Part shown: positions 51,964-64,000 of the stretch, one piece after another
Layout of the letters: every line of letters begins with the position of its first letter
How positions within the stretch are numbered: the first letter of the stretch is position 1
Assembly (NCBI GenBank): GCA_963977015.1
Contig: CAXBMO010000006.1
Coordinates: forward strand, 192,001 to 256,000
DNA: 64,000 bases
Direction: 5' to 3'
Source of the DNA: an uncultured bacterium
GTDB taxonomy: Bacteria; Verrucomicrobiota; Verrucomicrobiia; Verrucomicrobiales; DEV007
Notes under the pieces: generated by a model
Databases searched by the model: none
What the model was told of the DNA's origin: nothing
What the model saw: only the letters and a program-made list of their open reading frames with translations
Made by a program: the position numbers and the translations under genes

Positions 51964-54900
51964 ATGAACTTTTTATCCTTTTCCAAAACCCTTACCGTTG
52001 TCTTTTTCCTATCCAGTTTCGCCGCCGGAGCGGAGTTGCGATTCGCTGGTTCGCTGGGCAATTCCGGGGAATCCGGCGACACCCTGGTGACGTTTTCCGA
52101 GCAAACCGCCAGCGGGATGGGGCCGGTGATCGACGACGCGCTGACGATCTGGGAACGCGGCGGGTCGGGAAAATTGAACCGCTATGCGCTGGACGGACGG
52201 CTTTTGGCGAGTTTCGCAATTCCGGCGAGCACGGAACGCAGCGACCAGCTGACCCGGGCGGGTGATTTGCTGGTGATGAAGATCGGCCGGGGCTTGTTCA
52301 CGTTGCCGCTCGACGCGGTGCCGGGAACCGCAGCGACCCGGCTCGCGGGCGAGGCGGAAATCCTGTCATCATCCAGTTTCGAGGGGAAAGTCGCGGTGTT
52401 CGCGAAGAGTAGCGGAGAGGTTTCCTGGCTCGATCCGGCGACCGGAGAACGAACTCCGGCCTTGAAGCCGGATTTCCGGGTCACCGACTTGCATCCCACT
52501 GGCGACGGCACGCTTTACCTGTTCGGCGGGGGAGAAGTGCGCGCCTGGAAGGACGGGGAACTGCTGCCCGGGTTTCCCCTCGGTTTCAACGGCGAGCGGC
52601 CCCGGAAAATCGGGCGGTTCTGGTACAGCTTCAGCTGGCACGGAACCATCAACCGGATGAACGACCAGTTCGAGCCGGACCCGGGCGTGGTTCTGGGTGG
52701 GGCCTCGGGTTCGTTTATCGGTTACCTGCCGGAGAGCGTCGACCTGACTTTGGGGCGGGGAATCGCACTGGTGCGGGACGGCATCCACGCGGTCTCGGGG
52801 CTGGAAGGCGTGGTCCAGCTTCTGCAGTGGAACGGGGCGGAAGAGCGGTTCGAGGTGGTGCGCCGGATCGGGGCGTTGCCGGGGCTGAACGGCGTGGCGC
52901 TCGACGCGGCCGGGAACATCTGGACGCCGCACGGCAGTTGGCGCTGGGACGATTCCGCCGAAACGCCGAACACCCTGGGCGACAAGCGGCCGGATGTGAT
53001 GGCCCAGCCGGTGGTCTTGGATGGGCAGACGCTCTGCCTCTTGAAGAAGCATTACAGTTCCGTGCAGCTGGCTCGCGGGCCGTTCATCGACGCGAGCGGC
53101 TGGTCGCACTTCGACACTCCCGGGATCAAGAATTTCGAGCTGCCCGACTCGGTCAGCGGAGCGGCGGTGGTTCCGGACGGGAACGGCCTGACGCTGATCG
53201 CGGTGGAACGCGGGGGCCAGGCCTTTGAACTCGGCATCAACGAGGCGGGCCAGCTGCGTTCCGCGCCGAAACCGGTGACGTTGCCGGGATTGCAGGATTG
53301 CACCAGCCTGGCCTGGTTCGACGGCCACCTCATCGCGGCGGACGGCGGGGAACTGGTCGCGTTTCAGCGCGATGGCGATGGCAACTGGAAGGAAACCTCG
53401 CGCCGGGCGGATTTCGGCGCCGAAATCTACGTTCACGGCGATGGGGCGCGGCTCGCGGTGAGCGACACCGAGAACGGAACGGTGCACCTCTTCGATTCGC
53501 TCGGCAACCCGCTCGCGACCCGTTCCGGCCTGCAGGCGCCGCGGCATCTCGCGGTCAGCGGAGACCGGCTTGCGGTGTTCGAAGCGGGGAGGCAGCGGCT
53601 CGTGAAGCTGGAGCTGAGCGCGGACGAAAAACCCGCGCCGGCCTTCGCGGCGAAACCGGCGCCTCCGGCCAAGGGAAAAATCGCGGAGCATGGCGAAGCG
53701 AACTTCCAGGATCTGGGGCGCCCCGGCGGGATCCCGTTTTCGGTCGCCCTGACTCCGGAGAAAAGCGGGCTTTCCCTCTCGATCCAGACGGCTGCCGATG
53801 CCGAAATCCGGATCGGGGTGGCGAACCGCCAGAACGCTTACCTCCTGACGAACGCCTCGGGAAGCGGCTCGCAGGGACGACTCGATTTCCGGCTCCCGGC
53901 CGGCGACTGGTCGGAGATCCGGCTCGCCGCGGCGCTGAAAAGCTCCGGGCAACGGGAACGATTCGGGTTTCTCGACCGTGCGCCGATTCACGCCCCGTTT
54001 TCGGACGCCCCGGCGACCTGGGCGCCGTTCGATCTCGACGCCTACCGCGAAACCGTCACCGCGCGGCAGCAGGAAATCCGGCTCACCTTCGAGCAAGCGG
54101 TGGCCGGCAAGGCGACGCTGGTGATCGAGAACGAAGCCGGGCAACGGATCCGCAACCTGGTTTCGGGCCGCTCGTTAGAGGCCGGAAAACACACCGTGAT
54201 CTGGGACGGCCTCGATGAAACCGGGAACCTGATCGCGCCGGGAACCTATCACTGGCGCGGTATCACCCATCCCGGGATCGAGCCGGTCTACCGAATGCAT
54301 TTCGCGAACGGCGGCGAGGAAACCACCGCGCCCTGGGGGCCGAACCACAGCACCTTTCACCACGCCGCGACCAACGGCGAGCTGGTTTTTTTCGCCGCGC
54401 CGGTGACCGAAGGCGGCTGGGCCCTGGTCGCGCTGGACGCGGACGGCAAGCTGGTCCAGGGCTACGAGCATCAGCACGGGTTCGGGATCCAGCACGACGC
54501 GATCGCCGCCGACGAGCGCTACCTTTACTGCGCCCAGGACGGCTTCGCCTGGGGCGGCACCAAGGGCGTCGACTTCAAGGACGCGAAGTGGACTGCGACC
54601 TGGTCGCTCACCGTGGTGCGTTATGACATTGCCTCCGGCAAAATGATCGAGTTTCCCGGCAAACGGCGCGCCTTGGAAGTGGGGACGATGGAGGTCGGCC
54701 CGGGCTCGGACCATCCCGATTTGAGCGACTTCAACCTGGGCGGACTGGCCGTGGCCGAAGGGCGGCTCTATGTCGGCTCGCGGGCGCGCCAGGCGGTCCT
54801 GGTTCTCGACCCGGAAACTGGGGAAGAACTCGAGGCGATCCCGGCTGACGGGGTGCGTCACCTCGCGGTTTCGCCGCAAAACTTGATTTACGCCGCGACC

Positions 54901-57114
54901 GACACCGGCGTGCTCCGGCTCGGCGACGGAAAGCTGCTGGTTCCGGCTGGGAAGATGGATCTTTCCGGGATCACCGTGGCGCCAAACGGCGATCTTTTGG
55001 TGAGCGACCGGGCGACCCACCTCATCCGGCGTTTTACCGCGGAAGGCAAGCCGGCCGGGACGATCGGAACCCAGGGTGGCCCCTACAAGGGAACCTATGA
55101 CCCGAGCCGGATGGTCAATCCCGCCGGGCTCGTGTTCGGGCCGGACGGCAAGCTCTGGGTCGCCGAAAATCGTTGGAATCCGAAGCGGGTTCTCGCGTGG
55201 AACCTGGAGAAAAATCAGGTCGCGTTCGAGAAATTCGGGATGCCGCATTACGGCGGCGACGGCTCCGGATTCGACCCGGAAAACCCGCGGCGCTGGATCG
55301 GGCTCGGCTGTTTCTGGGACGTCGACATCGCGACCGGAGCGGCACGCCCGACGCACATCATTTCGCTGGAGGAAGGGCACTTCGGCAAGTATCACCCGCA
55401 GAGTTACTCCTTCTTCCGCGAGCACGGTCGGACCTTTCTCTGCGCCCGGGGCAAGATTGCCCTGATTTCCGAGGTGCTGCCGGACGGCACGATTCGCGAT
55501 CTCGCCGCGACCGCCGGCACCCATCATTTCGCCTACGGTTGCGGCTGGGAACCGCCCCAGGCCTACATCGACGCCTTTTACGAGAAGTGGCCGGAGAAAC
55601 GCGCCCTGGAGAAGCCGATGGGTCGCAAAGGCGAGGGCAAACCGTGGCGGGAACGCGGCATGGGCGTGCTCTGGGTCGACCGCAACGGCGACGGCGAACC
55701 GCAGAAGGAGGAGTTCGATTTTTGCGGCGACGACATCGCCTACTGCGACGGAGCCTGGGGCCATCTCCAGAATTCGCTGACCTTTTCCGTGCCGGTCGCG
55801 GACAAAACCCGGACCTGGGTCGCCGCGATCGAGCCGAAGGGATTTCTGCCCAACGGCGTGCCGGATTACCCGACCCTGGACGAAGCCATCGCCGCGGCGA
55901 CGCCGGTCAACCTGACTCCCGGCTACCAGCGCAACGGCGTCCCCACGGTGAGGGATAACTCCGGCCGGTTCATCTTCAATTCCGACCCGGAGATGAACGC
56001 CTACGCAGCCGACGGGCGGCATCTCTGGACCTACCCGAATCAGTGGAGCAACGTCCACGGCTCGCACAAGGCGCCCCTGCCCGAACCCGGTGTGATGCAG
56101 GGCACCCTGGGGATTCTCGGCCTGGCTCCGTTCGACGAACGGGGCGACGTCTTTTTCCTCAACGGCAACCACGGGCGCTGCTTTATCCTCACCAGCGACG
56201 GACTTTATCTCGACGAAGCGTTCGTCGACGTCCGGGTCAGCTATCTGAAAAACGAATACCGGCTCGGGGGCGAGATTTTCGGCGGCAGCTTCGCGCGATC
56301 TGCGACGGACGGAAAATACTACGTCCAGATCGGACACGGGCCCTACCGGATCTACGAGCTGACCGGACTGCAGGAAGCCCGGCGGATCGAGGGCATGCTT
56401 GCGGTCACTGCCGAGCAGATCGCGACCGCGGAAGCACGCAATCTGCGGCGAGCTGCCGAAAGCCAGGTCGCCCGGGAGGCCACCCTGCCCGGAAAGGTCA
56501 GCTGGGACAAGAGCGGCAAGTTCCGGGTCGAACTCGAGCTCGACGCCGACGCGACTCACCTCCACCTGCACTACCGGGTTCAGGACCCGTCGCCCTGGGT
56601 CAACAACGGCCGCGACTGGACCAAGCTCTTCGCCACCGGCGACACCGTCGACCTCCAGATCGCGACCGACCCGGCTGCGGATCCGCGGCGCCGCGGACCG
56701 GTCCCGGGCGACAAGCGGCTCCTCATCGCCGGATTCGAGGGCGAGCCGGTCGCGGTGCTTTACGAACATCGTAAGCCGGGTGGCGACGGGAACAATGCGA
56801 TCGAGTTCACCTCGCCCTGGCGCGGGGAAAAAGTCGACAACGTCCAGAAACTGCCGGAGGCGAAGATCGAGGTGAAGACCGGCAACAGCAGCTACGAGGT
56901 CAAGGCGTCGATCCGCCTGGAAGATCTCGGGCTCGAGCTAAAACCCGGCGAGACCTACCGGGCCGACTTCGGCGTCACCTACGGCGACGTGGACGGAACC
57001 GACACCAATCTGCGTTCCTACTGGTCAAACCCGAGCACCGGCCTGGTCGACGACATTCCCGGCGAGATCATGCTTTCCCCGGCGATGTGGGGCGACCTGA
57101 CCGTAGAACCCTGA
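51964..57114 (+). CDS. Large exported protein: beta-propeller/NHL repeats, FlgD Ig-like domain, C-terminal CBM9-like domain
   Basis: Signal peptide; [24 protein letters not shown]...PGTYHWRG (FlgD-Ig); [32 protein letters not shown] (CBM9-like). Confidence 0.8.
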   Translation: MNFLSFSKTLTVVFFLSSFAAGAELRFAGSLGNSGESGDTLVTFSEQTASGMGPVIDDALTIWERGGSGKLNRYALDGRLLASFAIPASTERSDQLTRAGDLLVMKIGRGLFTLPLDAVPGTAATRLAGEAEILSSSSFEGKVAVFAKSSGEVSWLDPATGERTPALKPDFRVTDLHPTGDGTLYLFGGGEVRAWKDGELLPGFPLGFNGERPRKIGRFWYSFSWHGTINRMNDQFEPDPGVVLGGASGSFIGYLPESVDLTLGRGIALVRDGIHAVSGLEGVVQLLQWNGAEERFEVVRRIGALPGLNGVALDAAGNIWTPHGSWRWDDSAETPNTLGDKRPDVMAQPVVLDGQTLCLLKKHYSSVQLARGPFIDASGWSHFDTPGIKNFELPDSVSGAAVVPDGNGLTLIAVERGGQAFELGINEAGQLRSAPKPVTLPGLQDCTSLAWFDGHLIAADGGELVAFQRDGDGNWKETSRRADFGAEIYVHGDGARLAVSDTENGTVHLFDSLGNPLATRSGLQAPRHLAVSGDRLAVFEAGRQRLVKLELSADEKPAPAFAAKPAPPAKGKIAEHGEANFQDLGRPGGIPFSVALTPEKSGLSLSIQTAADAEIRIGVANRQNAYLLTNASGSGSQGRLDFRLPAGDWSEIRLAAALKSSGQRERFGFLDRAPIHAPFSDAPATWAPFDLDAYRETVTARQQEIRLTFEQAVAGKATLVIENEAGQRIRNLVSGRSLEAGKHTVIWDGLDETGNLIAPGTYHWRGITHPGIEPVYRMHFANGGEETTAPWGPNHSTFHHAATNGELVFFAAPVTEGGWALVALDADGKLVQGYEHQHGFGIQHDAIAADERYLYCAQDGFAWGGTKGVDFKDAKWTATWSLTVVRYDIASGKMIEFPGKRRALEVGTMEVGPGSDHPDLSDFNLGGLAVAEGRLYVGSRARQAVLVLDPETGEELEAIPADGVRHLAVSPQNLIYAATDTGVLRLGDGKLLVPAGKMDLSGITVAPNGDLLVSDRATHLIRRFTAEGKPAGTIGTQGGPYKGTYDPSRMVNPAGLVFGPDGKLWVAENRWNPKRVLAWNLEKNQVAFEKFGMPHYGGDGSGFDPENPRRWIGLGCFWDVDIATGAARPTHIISLEEGHFGKYHPQSYSFFREHGRTFLCARGKIALISEVLPDGTIRDLAATAGTHHFAYGCGWEPPQAYIDAFYEKWPEKRALEKPMGRKGEGKPWRERGMGVLWVDRNGDGEPQKEEFDFCGDDIAYCDGAWGHLQNSLTFSVPVADKTRTWVAAIEPKGFLPNGVPDYPTLDEAIAAATPVNLTPGYQRNGVPTVRDNSGRFIFNSDPEMNAYAADGRHLWTYPNQWSNVHGSHKAPLPEPGVMQGTLGILGLAPFDERGDVFFLNGNHGRCFILTSDGLYLDEAFVDVRVSYLKNEYRLGGEIFGGSFARSATDGKYYVQIGHGPYRIYELTGLQEARRIEGMLAVTAEQIATAEARNLRRAAESQVAREATLPGKVSWDKSGKFRVELELDADATHLHLHYRVQDPSPWVNNGRDWTKLFATGDTVDLQIATDPAADPRRRGPVPGDKRLLIAGFEGEPVAVLYEHRKPGGDGNNAIEFTSPWRGEKVDNVQKLPEAKIEVKTGNSSYEVKASIRLEDLGLELKPGETYRADFGVTYGDVDGTDTNLRSYWSNPSTGLVDDIPGEIMLSPAMWGDLTVEP

Positions 57115-57197
57115 AGAATTCCGCGGCGTCCATTTCAAGATCAGCGAATGCAGATGCTTGGGCGACCAAGGAGCCTGCGTAAACTTTTGCCCGCGAC

Positions 57198-57276
57198 GTA
57201 AAACGGGACACCGGCCCGTTCCTGCAGAGGCTGCCGCCAGTCGACCGGGGGGGAACGGGCCGGTGTCCCGTTTTAC
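57198..57276. repeat. REP-doublet/MITE-like element with perfect 25-bp inverted repeats
   Basis: GTAAAACGGGACACCGGCCCGTTCC (57198-57222) and its exact reverse complement (57252-57276). Confidence 0.85.
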
Positions 57277-57303
57277 CTTACTTCCACCATTCGGTACTAG
57301 AAT

Positions 57304-57549
57304 GTGGAAGTCCGGGCTGGTGAAGAGTACCCATGTGGTGACGGCCTGCGCCACCACCAGGAAATATCTCGGGCTCAAGCTGAACCCTACTACCGGGCTG
57401 ACTTCGGCGTCACGTCCGGCGACGTGGTCGGCACCGACATCAACCTGCGTTCCTGCTGGTCGAACCCAAGCACCGGCCTGGTCGACGACATTCCCGGCGA
57501 GATCATGCTTTCCCCGGCAATGTGGGGCGATTTGACCGTCGAACCCTGA
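57304..57549 (+). pseudogene. Frameshifted remnant of the 3' end of a paralogue of the 51964-57114 gene
   Basis: Ends [52 protein letters not shown], near-identical to the upstream C-terminus; indels upstream. Confidence 0.85.
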
Positions 57550-57674
57550 CGTTTCAACCTGCCGCTTCGGTTGCCAGCCTGGCCCAATTTCCTGGTTAGT
57601 CTTTGAACTCATCTTGATGCGAACGGGGCCGCGCTGACGAAGTCGCTTCAGAGCATGTTGGGACGGCTTCTCAC

Positions 57675-60582
<2,908 letters not shown>

Positions 60583-60590
<8 letters not shown>

Positions 60591-62310
60591 TGGCTCGAGT
60601 CATTTCAACCGGTCGTTTCAAGGTTTCGGGATACGGCCCCTCCCGCACCGACCAGTGCTGGCCGGTGACTTGAATCTTCCACAAGGGAATGCAGGCCATC
60701 TTATAGGGATGAAAAACGACTTCCTTGTTCACCGCAAAGACCTTGTTCGGGGTCGGCACGAACAGCATGTAACTTTCGTCGTAAGCCCGGCGCATGATGT
60801 TCTCGCAGACCTGGTCGAACCCGGGCTCGTCGACTCCGGTGCGAAACAGGTCTTCCATGTAGCCGTTCATAGTGGGATCGGGAAACACGGTGCTCCAAAC
60901 GTTGTCGGTCCGGAACACGAAGAACGCCGTGAACGGATGATTGAAATACCAGTCGTCGTTGCCCCACACCAGCAGATCCCACTGCTTCTTGTTCTGTCCC
61001 GCATTGGTTAGGAGAAGCGGGCCGAAGATTTCCTTTTCGCTCGTTGTAAATTCGATGTCCAGCTCGACGCCGACCTTCTTGAGCTGTGTTTCGATGCCGC
61101 GCCACATGGCCCGGTAGCGGTCCTGGGTCAGCACCTTGAGCTTCAATCCCTCGAGAACGGCCGCGAGCCGCGCCTGGGTGTCCGGCGCGTAGGGATCATG
61201 ATCCCGCGGCACTGGCAGCAGGGTCTTGCTCACTTCCGAGACGCCGGGATAGTACGGAGAAAAGGGAGATAATCTGCCTTCGTCCTCGAACACAAAGTGG
61301 AGCAGGTTTTGCTGATGCAACGCCTCGTTGAGGGCTCGCCGCACCTTCCGGTCTTTCAACCGCGGATGGCCGTTGATCAGGTTCATGTGAATGGCGATGT
61401 TGTCCGTCGACGGCGAAATTACGAGCTTGCTGTAGGGGGCCAGGATCGTCTCGACCTTGTCCTCCGGGGGCACCACCGTGATGTCGAGCGCGCCCTCCTC
61501 ATAGAGCGCCATGTCCTTGGCCTGTTCCGTGTTCAACTCGGTGAACACCGTGATCGTCTCGACCTTGGGATAGTTCTCTTTGTCCCAGTAGTAGGGATTC
61601 GCCTTGAAGACGGCCTTGCTGGTTTGACGGTCGCCTTCGATATAGCCTTCCGTCAGAATGTAGGGCCCGAGTCCGTAGGGACCGGGCTTGGAGAGATTGG
61701 GGCAGTTGGCCTTGCCGTTCCAGCCGACTTTCTCACCGGTCACGGGATCCTCGTTGGTCTCCAGGTATTCCTTGGTGTAGAACTGCATCCAAATGACGTC
61801 GTTCATGAACGAGCCGTATTTTTCGGTCAGGTGAAAGCGGACCGTTTCGTCGTCGATCTTTTCGGCGCGGTCGAAGACCTTGTCGATCTTGCTGTAGAGA
61901 ACCGGAGCCTTCTTGAAATACTCCATGTTCAGCACCACGGCATCGGCGTTAAACGGCGTTCCGTCCTGGAATTTCACCCCCTTCCGGAGCGTAAACTCAT
62001 AGGTGGTGTCGTCGATTTGCCGGTGGGACGTGGCCATGTCGTACTCCCAGCCCCGCTCGTTGTCCGAGGGCTTGATCAACGCGCCGTTCACCGAGTGCGA
62101 GGTGTAGAGATAGGGCAGACTCGGGATGAACACCTTGACGTGGGATCCCGGCACGAGTCCGGACAAAACCCGTTGCGGGGCCTCGTCCCTGCGCAATTCG
62201 AGCGGCGTGACCAGCGCAGGTTCAGCCCGGGTCCAGGTCGGGAACGTCGAAAAAACCCAAACAAGACCCATCAATGGCAAGGCGAACCGACCGCTGATAG
62301 GGGAACTCAT
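60583..62310 (-). CDS. Family-5 (peptide/nickel-type) solute-binding protein
   Basis: [46 protein letters not shown]; overlaps the kinase start. Confidence 0.88.
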
Positions 62311-62596
62311 GATGAACTCGATGGCTGCGAAAGCCGCAAGGCGGCATCCAACTGCATTGAAACGATTCTCAAAGTTTTTTGAGAAAAAAGCGATTCTATA
62401 ATTTCATGACATTTAGCGACGGCTAGGTCTGGTGATTCGGAAGGGGGCATCGATCGCCCTTTTTAACCAGGAGGCTTAGGGGGTGAGCGAGGTTTTTGAG
62501 ACGAAGAAGGTTGTCATCTTGTCAGGCCCGACTGGGAAACGCTTGATTGTTGGGAATGCCGGTGTATTCGCGGCCTTCTCCACGCATTTTCAAACC

Positions 62597-62941
62597 ATGC
62601 CCAAAAAACCTCGTTTGCTGCTTTCGTTCCTTGCTGCGTTCCTTGTGACGACCTCGCTGTTGGCTGAAGATCCATCGGAAGCGACTCCATCCGGCGTCCC
62701 GGTTGCCTACCAACTTCCCACGGACGGCGATCTCCCAAAGACCTATCGCGTCACCCTCGCCATCACCGCGCCGAACGAGCCGGACTGGATCGTTTGCACG
62801 TTTGTCAGTGGAGAAGAACGGACCGTCACCAAGGAGAACCCGGGCAAGTTCACCGATTTCTGGAATGGCTGGGACGATAACTTCATGCAGGTTCCTCCTG
62901 GGAATTATGGGGTGAAGGGAATTTCCAAGATCGAGAATTAG
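62597..62941 (+). pseudogene. Truncated N-terminus of a large exported FlgD-Ig-like protein
   Basis: Signal peptide, TYRVTLAI..FWNGWDDNFMQVPPGNYGVKGI, then an abrupt stop inside short repeats. Confidence 0.6.
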
Positions 62942-62990
62942 GGACAGACCTCGCGAGAATTAGGACAGACCCCGCGAATTCGAGAATTAC
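62931..62990. repeat. Short tandem REP-like repeats
   Basis: CGAGAATTAGGGACAGACC, CGAGAATTAGGACAGACC and a third partial CGAGAATTA. Confidence 0.65.
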
Positions 62991-63018
62991 CGCGCGGGCT
63001 ACTCTCCGGCTTTTTGAC

Positions 63019-63987
63019 CTACACCCCGTTCTCCTCTTCTTTCCCCGTCTCAACCACTTGATCTGGCTGCACTTTTGTGAGGACCGGACGAAACCCGATA
63101 TAAGTTCTGCTTTCGGGTTTTGAGTGGTAACGGTTCGACGTATGGCAATACCAGCCGGGACTTTGCCATGAGCCACCCCGAATCACCCTGCCCGGCTGTT
63201 TCATATCAGAGGGCTTGAGCTGCATGGGATCAACGCCTCCTTCGACTTTGTGGTGATACCAGTCGAGACACCATTCGGTCACATTCCCGAGCATATCGTG
63301 CAAGCCCCAGGCATTTTCCGGATAACTGCCAACCTCCGCAGTCTTTCCGAGATTCGGCCCTTTTTCGGTGCCTTTCTCCGGTCGAGTCCCATCATAATTC
63401 GCCAGACGGCTGGGCATCTTCTCGCCAAAAGGGGTGCGCGTCAGCGTTCCGGCCCGGCAGGCGAAGCCCCATTCCGCAGCGGTGGGAAGCCGGTATTCGT
63501 AGCCGTCCGGCAGTTTGCCAGCCTCGCGTTCGAGTTGGGTGAGCTTTCGACAGAATTCACCCGCTTCGGCGTGATTGACGCGATAGACTGGAAACTGATC
63601 TCCCGCACCGGCATCGAGCTTATTTTCGTTCGGCCCCATGACTCGTTCCCATTCGGCCTGGGTCACCTCAAACTGTCCGATCAAAAACGCTTGGCTGAGA
63701 GTCACCTCGACTGGTCCTCCATCGTTGCCCTCAACTCTTCGGCTTTTCATGCGATAGGTCCCGGGCGGGATCACCCGCAGCTTCATGCCGATCGAGTTTT
63801 CAAACGCCACCCCAAAACCGATGTGTTCAGCCCACGCTTTCTGAACCGATTGCGCCTCCTCTTTCGTGAGCGGCTTTTCGAAGAGTTTCACGGGCTCGGG
63901 GTCGGCCGCGAATGTCACTACGGCCGCGAAGGTCATTATTGTGTTGATCTGTAACATCGCACCAACCCTTCTCGATTTCCCTGCCAA
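63019..63987 (-). CDS. FGE-sulfatase (SUMF1/EgtB/PvdO) domain protein, start uncertain
   Basis: ENSIGMKLRVIPPG, EVTQAEW, YRLPTAAEW, NAWGLHDMLGNVTEWC, RVIRGGSW, IGFR; frame open to the window end. Confidence 0.88.
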   Translation of the reverse strand: MAGKSRRVGAMLQINTIMTFAAVVTFAADPEPVKLFEKPLTKEEAQSVQKAWAEHIGFGVAFENSIGMKLRVIPPGTYRMKSRRVEGNDGGPVEVTLSQAFLIGQFEVTQAEWERVMGPNENKLDAGAGDQFPVYRVNHAEAGEFCRKLTQLEREAGKLPDGYEYRLPTAAEWGFACRAGTLTRTPFGEKMPSRLANYDGTRPEKGTEKGPNLGKTAEVGSYPENAWGLHDMLGNVTEWCLDWYHHKVEGGVDPMQLKPSDMKQPGRVIRGGSWQSPGWYCHTSNRYHSKPESRTYIGFRPVLTKVQPDQVVETGKEEENGV

Positions 63988-64000
63988 TCCGTTTTTTTGT

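Noticed and set aside
54175-56769. 864-aa minus-strand ORF and other long antisense ORFs (e.g. 52369-54144, 58530-60302, 17255-18802, 4774-6258)
   Set aside because: They are shadows of well-supported genes on the opposite strand in GC-rich DNA and show no recognisable motifs.
62931-62990. Short repeats as a mini-CRISPR array
   Set aside because: Spacers are only a few bp, units are degenerate, and no cas genes are present.

Overview
GC-rich chromosomal window, most likely from a Verrucomicrobiota/PVC bacterium. This is inferred from the DUF1549/1553-DUF1501, DUF1592-DUF1552, FGE-sulfatase and NHL gene families. Contents in order: a two-partner secretion pair (TpsA, 5'-truncated, plus TpsB); a FadR-DUF1592-DUF1552 module bracketed by a 41-bp imperfect direct repeat; a DUF1549/DUF1501/WD40 operon; a stress/TCA cluster (dodecin, aconitase, ferritin-like DUF2383, fumC, PRC-barrel, site-2 protease) carrying four sigma-54-type promoters and paired TTGC-N5-GCAA palindromes; redox genes (rhodanese, peroxiredoxin, furA-katG); a eukaryote-like UMP/CMP kinase fusion; a large unknown exported protein split by an 11-bp tandem duplication; a ZIP transporter with two inserted cNMP-binding domains; a MoxR-DUF58-transglutaminase operon; an unannotated exported thioredoxin-like selenoprotein candidate (in-frame UGA, UxxC motif, SECIS-like hairpin); large beta-propeller proteins with REP-like inverted repeats and gene remnants; and a solute-binding protein overlapping a hybrid histidine kinase. 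No rRNA, tRNA, CRISPR array or intact transposase/integrase was recognised. All calls come from reading the sequence and recalling family motifs; no searches were run.
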